Source: Nitrospirota bacterium (lineage in GTDB: Bacteria > Nitrospirota > UBA9217). From it: DNA of 64,000 nucleotides. The stretch lies in NCBI GenBank assembly GCA_963796285.1, contig CAWCKW010000003.1:192001-256000 (forward strand). Direction: 5' to 3'. The notes below the pieces were generated by a model that saw only the letters and a program-made list of their open reading frames with translations, was not told the origin of the DNA and searched no databases. Position numbers and translations under genes: made by a program. Shown one piece after another: positions 57,288 through 64,000 of the stretch (its first letter is position 1; every line of letters starts with the position of its first letter).

Positions 57288-58702
57288 CCAGGATATTCTC
57301 TTCCATTACTTCAGGTATCATCTTTTTCGTTTTCGTCCTGGCGGGATGCCGGACCGTCCCTGTGCAGACCATGCCTCCGCTTGAGGATGAAGGCGAGGTG
57401 CTGATCTATCTCCAGCCTTTTCCGGCCGAGGCCGTGGCGCTCCGGTTCACCCTCTCGTCGATCTCCGTGCTCCGCGATGACGGCACGGAATTCCCCCTCG
57501 AGCTTTCAATAACCGATTACTCGGGCAAGAGCATGGCCCGACAGAGACTGATCGCATCGGGGCGACTGCCGGCGGGGCGGTACACCGGTGTTCTCGTCGG
57601 CGCCGGGAGCGCCGTCCTGAAAAACGAAGACCGGACCGAGACGAACCTGATCGTGCCGGAGGCGCCCCGGAAGCAGCAGTTCCTGTTCATTGTGGAGAAA
57701 AAAAAGGCGCTCCTCATCGCGCTCTCGTTCCAGGTTGCGGGATCATTGCAGGAAGGGTCCAATTTCTCTCCTTCGTTCGAGGCCACGGTCCCCACAAGGC
57801 CGCTTGACGATCTGACGGGATACCTGTCGGACAGCGGCGATAACGCGGTCGTGGTTTTCGACAAACTCAGGATGCAGGCGACCGGCGTCATCGCGACCGG
57901 AAGCGGTCCCGGAGCCGTCGTCATCGATACGCGGTCCAGGAAGGCCTATGTTTCCCTGTCCAACGGCGACGCCGTTGACGTCATCGACATGACCACCGGA
58001 TCCATCCTCAACAGGATCACCCTCTTCGGGGGAGACGAGCCTCAGGAGCTTCTGCTCACGCCGGACGGTCAGACCCTGCTCGTGGTGAATGCCGGCTCGG
58101 ACTCGGTGAGCTTTATCGACACGAACTCCCTCGTGGAGCGTGCCAGGGTCGCCGTCGGCCGGCGCCCCCGGTCCCTGTTGATGGACCCGACGGGCAAGAG
58201 AGTGTTTGTCTTCAACAGACTGTCGAACACCATATCGGTCATCGATCTTGCTTACCGCTCTTTGAGCAGCACCATAACCACGGGGCTGGAACCTCTCCGG
58301 GGGCAGTTCAACCGGACGGGCGACAGACTGTACGTGATCCATGCCCAGTACCCCTATTTGTACGTCATTGATCCGTCGTCATTCTCCGTTCTCCAGCAGC
58401 AATTCATGGGGACAGGCATCGTTTCGCTCAAAATCGACACGCGGACCGATCTGCTCTACCTTTGCAAAAAGAACGAATCGGTGATCACGGTCTACAATCT
58501 TTTTACCTTTACTCCGGTTGCATTTATCCCGACCCCGGGCACGGTGGAGTACATGACCATTGATAATGTCACGAATAACCTGTACGCAATTGTGCCGGAA
58601 CAAAAGGTCCTGATGATCATCAATCTTTTAAACGGGAAGACCGAAGGCGAGATTGACGTGAATCGGCAGCCGTCGTGGGTGACCATGACGGGGGAGCGAT
58701 AA
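57284..58702 (+). CDS. Lipoprotein with N-terminal beta domain and YncE/YVTN beta-propeller
   Basis: Lipobox LAGC; repeats KAYVS...DAVDVID, TPDGQTLLVVNAGSDSVSFID, VFVFNRLSNTISVID. ATGA coupling to the cytochrome. Confidence 0.85.
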   Translation: MTRIFSSITSGIIFFVFVLAGCRTVPVQTMPPLEDEGEVLIYLQPFPAEAVALRFTLSSISVLRDDGTEFPLELSITDYSGKSMARQRLIASGRLPAGRYTGVLVGAGSAVLKNEDRTETNLIVPEAPRKQQFLFIVEKKKALLIALSFQVAGSLQEGSNFSPSFEATVPTRPLDDLTGYLSDSGDNAVVVFDKLRMQATGVIATGSGPGAVVIDTRSRKAYVSLSNGDAVDVIDMTTGSILNRITLFGGDEPQELLLTPDGQTLLVVNAGSDSVSFIDTNSLVERARVAVGRRPRSLLMDPTGKRVFVFNRLSNTISVIDLAYRSLSSTITTGLEPLRGQFNRTGDRLYVIHAQYPYLYVIDPSSFSVLQQQFMGTGIVSLKIDTRTDLLYLCKKNESVITVYNLFTFTPVAFIPTPGTVEYMTIDNVTNNLYAIVPEQKVLMIINLLNGKTEGEIDVNRQPSWVTMTGER

Positions 58703-58703
58703 G

Positions 58704-60979
58704 ATGGGTTGCGCAAGGAGATCAGCGACCGCAACGGGCCGGGCGGCAGCGTGGACCGGGGGATTCATTGTCAGCTTGTTTTTTTTTTGGTCGCCCCGGC
58801 CGGCCGTGGCCGATTCGATAACCGGCCACGCCGATCTGATCTATACAAGGACTAACTCAGTGTCGGAAGACCCCACGGGAAACCAGCAAAACACGGAAAG
58901 CCGGGGGCTTAATCAGATCTACACCCTGGCCGCGGACAAGATCCTGCTGCCGAATCTGAAGCTCTATGCGAGCGGCATTTTTCAGCAGAATGCGTCCGAC
59001 TCCATAACGAATGGGGAGAAAACATCGTCAACGACGGTCCTGACAAGACCGTATCTCGATCTGACCCTGCGGTCGTCGCCCTTTTCCGGGGGAGTGAACT
59101 ACAGCAAAGTGACGATCGAAACAAGGACTGCCGGCTCCCCCCGGATACCGCTTATTAGCGAGGCCTACAACGGCTTCCTGGGCTGGAAGCCCTCGGAGCT
59201 GCCATCGCTCGACATTAGGATGAATCAAACAAAAAATTACGACCAGGACCGCGTCCAGATCAATACGGAGACCAGAACTGCAAGCGTAAGCTCGGACTAC
59301 TCCCCCGTGAAGACCGTTCATTTGCGGTACTATGGGAACTATACTGATCAAAAAGACCTGCTCGGGGGCAACGAGACGACATCCATTGGACACGATGGAA
59401 GGATCGATTACGGCGACCAGTTCTTCCGCAACCGGCTCTCCCTGACCGCGAGCGGGGAAGAAGCCTACTCGACGACCAGGACCTCGACGGCAACCGGCCA
59501 GGGTACCGTCAGCCAGCAGGTGTTTGCGATCCAGGGTCTGTCCCTGAACACCTTCGACGTCCAGGGACTTTCCCGCATTCAACTTGCCGATGCCTCGTTC
59601 CTGATCGACAATGTGCAGAACGGGCCACGGAACGACAGCAACAATATCGGTGCGAGCCTCTACCCGCAGGACACGACGCCACGGAATATCGGTCTGCAGT
59701 TCGCCGTGCCGAGCGAGGTGAACACGGTCGATGTCTGGGTGTATTCCGTCCATGATACGAAAAATCCCGACACGACGCAGGATTATCTGACAGCCGCCGT
59801 GTCCGGCGCCTATACCTGGGCGGTGTACACGAGTTCGGATAACATCACCTGGAGCCTCTATCAGTCGGGCGTGCCCGCAACCTATACCCCCTTGGCAGGC
59901 CAGCTCGGTGTGGGAAAATTCGAAGTTACCTTCCCGAGCGTGACCTCGCAGTATCTCAAGGTGGTCGTCACTCCCATCGTGCCGTCAGCGGCGGGAACCG
60001 AGGGGCAGAGTTTTCCCGGCGTGTATCTGGCCGAGCTCCAGGCCCTGATCTCCACCTCGGCCGCAAACGCACAGGGTCAGCACTCTGCGAAAACGCAGAC
60101 CCTGAACGTAGCGGCCAAATACACCATCCTGGAAAAGCCCTTCTTGTCCTACGACTTTTCGTATTTTGAAGTTCAGTCGGAGTCGTTCCTTTCCATCACG
60201 AGAAACTCAACCATGTCAAACGGCCTTTCATACAGCCAGAAATATAACACGGTCTTTTCCGGAGGCGCGGGAGTACAACGGATCGACGAGAACGGCAGTG
60301 ATCCGAACAGCCGCAGGGTCATCTATCAGTTGAGCACATCGCTCATGGCGGTCCCCCTGCCCACGCTCCACCACAGTCTTTCCTACAGCTATCAGGACCA
60401 GATATCAGCGGAGGGGGACAGTTCGAGTAATTCGGTGTATATGACGAACGCAGCAGACCTTTATAAGGGCGTCGCCATATACGTGAACGGCGGGGAGACA
60501 TGGGCTGTCGATATAAACCATGAGAGTTCGACATCGGTCCAGTACTCATACGGCTTTACTCTGGCTCCTCTTAAAACACTGTCGATCACCGGTTCCTCCA
60601 CCTATTCCAGGTCCATTTCAAGTACGTCTGTCTATTACTCGCGGAGCGACACCCTCGGCGTGGCCTACTCCCCTTTTACCACAATGTTTATAAGTGCGTC
60701 CTGGACCACGCAGGACGAAACCGCCCATCACGACAGGCTTCAGAACTATTCCTTTAGCTGGTCTCCTTTCCCCGGCGGTGACCTTGTATTCAATCTCGCC
60801 TATCTGGAGACCGTGCAAATGCAGAACAATGCCATCCAAAAGACTCTCCAGGAGTCATTGCGCTGGAATATCAATCGAAAATGTTCGTCCAGACCGGCTA
60901 TGCTGACATTACTGAGAATTCCGATCTCCAGCGCACGCTGGAAAGAACATTTTCAGCGGAGTTAAATATAGTGCTCTAA
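58704..60979 (+). CDS. Large predicted outer-membrane beta-barrel with an inserted soluble domain; indel near 60880
   Basis: Signal peptide ending in AVA-D; many amphipathic Ser/Thr/Tyr strands. Adding one A restores ...KMFVQTGYADITENSDLQRTLERTFSAELNIVL* (stop at 60977-60979). Confidence 0.75.
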
Positions 60980-61305
60980 GGGGTAGTTCAAAAGTTCTAT
61001 GAAAACCAGTGAGGCAAATATGAAACCACACCCTGCACTCGCGGTTCCACTCGTAAACGCTGCGCGCAGGCAGTGTGCACTGAGGAATGCTCGGGGGGAA
61101 CCTGAACGCATTGAGCTTTCTTTCAACATGATACACAGTGCTCTCATGGTTGAAGAGTCAAGAGGATGATAAAAGGCGCAAATAAGAGGAGGATCACAGA
61201 GGGGGAGGCGATGCCAAGGACGTTTATATCCCTTAGATTCAAGCAGTTCTCAGAGAACTCTGTGGTTCGATTTTGACATTACGCTCTAGGGGAGAAGGAG
61301 GGTTC

Positions 61306-61872
61306 ATGTTTTTCCGGAAAATCGTATTGATCATGATGATCGCCGGCGTTGTCGGCTGCGGCCGGACGACATCAGATGTCTTTCGGGATCAGGCCATGGA
61401 TTTCGGCTTGATCCAGACCGTTGCGGTTATGCCCTTCGCGAACCAGACGCGGGAACAGACCGCGTCGGACCGCGTTCGGGACGTTTTTATCAACAGACTG
61501 CTGTCCACCGGGGGGGTGTATGCGCTCCCGATCGGCGAGGTGAAGCGGGGAACGTCTCGTGCGGGAATCGCTGAACCCACAGCCCCCTCTCCGGAGGACG
61601 TCGTAAAGTTTGCCGGTATCGTCAAGGCTGACGCCGTGATCACCGGTGACGTGAAAGAATACGGCGAAGTGCGGTCCGGCACTGCCAACGCGACCATGAT
61701 CTCCATAAGCATGCAGATGATGGAAGCACAGACAGGCCGGGTCGTCTGGTCCGCATCCTCAACACGGGGCGGTGTCAGCATGAGCGACCGTCTTTTCGGT
61801 GGAGGCGGAGAACCCATGAACATTGTGACCGAGAGAGCAGTAGATGATATCATCCATAAATTGTTCAAATAG
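61306..61872 (+). CDS. DUF799/GNA1162-like (CsgG-fold) lipoprotein
   Basis: AAGGAGG RBS; lipobox VVGC; VAVMPFAN, ADAVITGDVKEYG and EAQTGRVVWSAS motifs. Confidence 0.82.
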   Translation: MFFRKIVLIMMIAGVVGCGRTTSDVFRDQAMDFGLIQTVAVMPFANQTREQTASDRVRDVFINRLLSTGGVYALPIGEVKRGTSRAGIAEPTAPSPEDVVKFAGIVKADAVITGDVKEYGEVRSGTANATMISISMQMMEAQTGRVVWSASSTRGGVSMSDRLFGGGGEPMNIVTERAVDDIIHKLFK

Positions 61873-64000
61873 ACGCTGTAGGCTCCTCATCGCCGCATGT
61901 TTGGTCCTGTCGGGGTGCGCCGGCGTCAATCATGCGGTGCCGACGAATCCTTCCGGGCAACGGCATCTCAGCATCGCCGTGTTCCCGGTAGAGAACAAGA
62001 GTGCTGTCAAAGCGCCTCTTCGAGAGATCCAGCAAGCGATCGTGAAGCGACTGGAGTCTACAGGGGCTCGCTATCGTTGATGAAGAGGCGCTCAAGCGGA
62101 CCCTGGACAAGCACCGCGTGCGTTATCTCGGTGGACTGGACTCCTCGGTGTCCAAGGCCCTGCAAGAGGAAGCAGGAGCAGATGCGGTACTGATCACCTC
62201 GCTGGAACTGTACAACGAACTGGCCCCTCCCCGGATCGCCCTTCTGTCCCGACTGGTCTCTACAGGGCCCAGACCGGAGATCCTCTGGTCCGACAGCGTG
62301 GGACTGGCCGGAGATGAAGCTCCGGGCCTGCTCGGCCTGGGTCTGATTAACGATCCTAAGGTCCTGAGAGAAAAGGCCGTCGGAACGCTGACAGGCTCCC
62401 TTGCCGCCTTTTTATCGGGCGAGAAAATCGAGTTGGAGGGCGGAAGAAAGAGCTATGCGCCGAAGATAAAGTTCCGCTCCTCTTCTGTCGGCTCTGATCT
62501 TCTGGAGAATGACGTCAATTTTGTGGACAGGACGTCGAGCGGCGACGATCGAAAAGGCCGTGCGCGCATTGCCGTGACGCTCACCTCCCCCGGTAAAGCC
62601 CCGGTTACGGTTGAGTATGCCGACGGGAACGGAACTGCTTCAACGGGGAAGGACTATGAGCTCAGGGGAAACACGCTGACCTTCGCCCCCGGCGAGACGA
62701 GAAAAGAGATCGAGATCGAAGTGAAGTACAACGCGGTTTACAAGGACAACAAGACAGTTAACCTCATTCTGAAGAGTGCGAAGGGTGCAGCTCTCGGCAG
62801 CACGACCGTGCATACGTATACCATCGTGAACACGGTCCCCCCGCCGACGGCGTCGTTTGCGTCAGCGAGCCAGCAGGTGAAGGAGACCGAAGGTCCTGCG
62901 ACAATGCTGGTGGAGCTGTCTGCAATATCGGGGAAGGACGTGACGGTCCCCTTTACCGTGAGCGGGACGGCAAAGACGCCGGGTAATTACACGATCACGT
63001 CGAGCCCGGTAGTGATCAAGGCGGGCGCGAAGAGCGCAGGGATCGTGGTAAGCCCGGTGGACGACAAGATCAGCGAAGAGGACAAAACGGTAGTGGTGGT
63101 CATGGGCGTGCCAATGAACGCGACGCAGGGGAAGACGACGGAAGGCGTTGTGACCATCGCGGACGCCGATCCGAAGCCTGCGGTGGGGTTCACGGCCGCG
63201 AGTTCGAGCGGGGAAGAGAAGATAAGTCCGGCGCGTCTCGAGGTATCGCTGGGGGCAGTGAGCGGCAGGCAGGTAACGGTGGAGTACGCGGTCACGGGCG
63301 GCACGGCGGTTCGGGGGAAGGATTATTCGGTGAAAGAAGGCAGCCTGACCTTCGCCCCCGGCGAGACAAAGAAGGAGATCGAGCTCGGCATCGGAAACAA
63401 CGGGATCTACGACGACAACAAGACGGTGGCAGTGGGACTGAAGAGCGCGCAGAACGCCGTACTGGGCGGGACTGCAACACACACCTACACCATCGTGAAC
63501 ACCACACCCATGCCCGACGGTGGCGTTCATGCACGCGAGTTCGAGCGGGGATGAGAAGACGAGTCCTGCCCGGCTGGAGGTGTCGCTCGGGGCAATGAGC
63601 GGGAAACCGGTAACGGTGGAGTACGCGGTCACGGGCGGCACGGCCGTTCGGGGGATAAACTACACATTGAAGGACGGGGCACAGACCGTGACCTTCGCCC
63701 CCGGGGAGACGGTAAAGACCGTCGAGATCGGGGTCAAGGATGACGGGCTGAATACGGATAACAAGACCATCGAAGTCGGCCTGAAAAATCCGAAGGGTGC
63801 TGTTCTCGGAAACACGACCATGCATACCTATACCATCCTTGACGCAGACCCGATGCCGACGGCGTCGTTTGCGTCAGCGAGCCTGCAGGTGAAGGAGACC
63901 GGGGGTCCTGCGACAATGCTGGTGGAGCTGTCTGCGATATCGGGGAAGGACGTGACGGTGCCCTTTACCGTGAGCGGGACGGCAAAGACGCCGGGTAATT
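61844..64000 (+). CDS. Lipoprotein with a DUF799/CsgG-like domain followed by at least five Calx-beta domains; frameshifted, runs off the window end
   Basis: Lipobox LSGC, IAVFPVENKS, then GADAVLITSLELY...EILWS after an indel near 62065. Repeats VTVEY...GTA..GKDY...LTFAPGET.KEI...NKTV.. . Second indel near 63515. Confidence 0.8.
62843..64000 (+). repeat. Intragenic direct repeats encoding Calx-beta units
   Basis: 62843-62988 versus 63855-64000 differ at 5 of 146 positions by hand comparison; about 63175-63510 and 63515-63850 form a second similar pair. Confidence 0.85.

Overview
GC-rich (~55-60% by eye) bacterial chromosome segment. Gene content (sigma54 two-component systems, multiheme cytochromes, AcsE-like methyltransferase, GEMM riboswitch) suggests an anaerobe of the Desulfobacterota/Nitrospirota type; this is inference only. 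Many genes carry single-base indels, mostly in homopolymers, which looks like an imperfectly polished long-read consensus. Left part: housekeeping and envelope genes (mrdA-mreD-mreC-mreB, SulP, RNA methylase, ABC-F, LTA-synthase-like sulfatase, PpnP, BamA/TamA-like protein, TerC, P-type ATPase). Two accessory systems stand out. (1) 22.8-30.0 kb: an ECF sigma factor with a glycogen-binding-domain (CBM48-like) anti-sigma, surrounded by Met/His-rich envelope proteins; three genes share a TGTAAC/TGCTAC-N16-CGTCT promoter, giving a candidate undescribed metal- or glycan-responsive regulon. (2) 40-64 kb: an OmcS-type cytochrome nanowire locus with a heme-c sensor kinase and sigma54 activator, a GT2/GtrA/TMTC-like glycosylation module, a sigma54 promoter, an NHL protein, a GEMM-I riboswitch with the cGAMP-type A20, two hexaheme OmcS homologs, a beta-propeller lipoprotein, a beta-barrel and two DUF799/CsgG-like lipoproteins, the last extended by tandem Calx-beta repeats. 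Intergenic regions hold several families of short palindromic repeats, and one such repeat sits in frame inside the P-type ATPase. No rRNA, tRNA, CRISPR array or transposase was seen.
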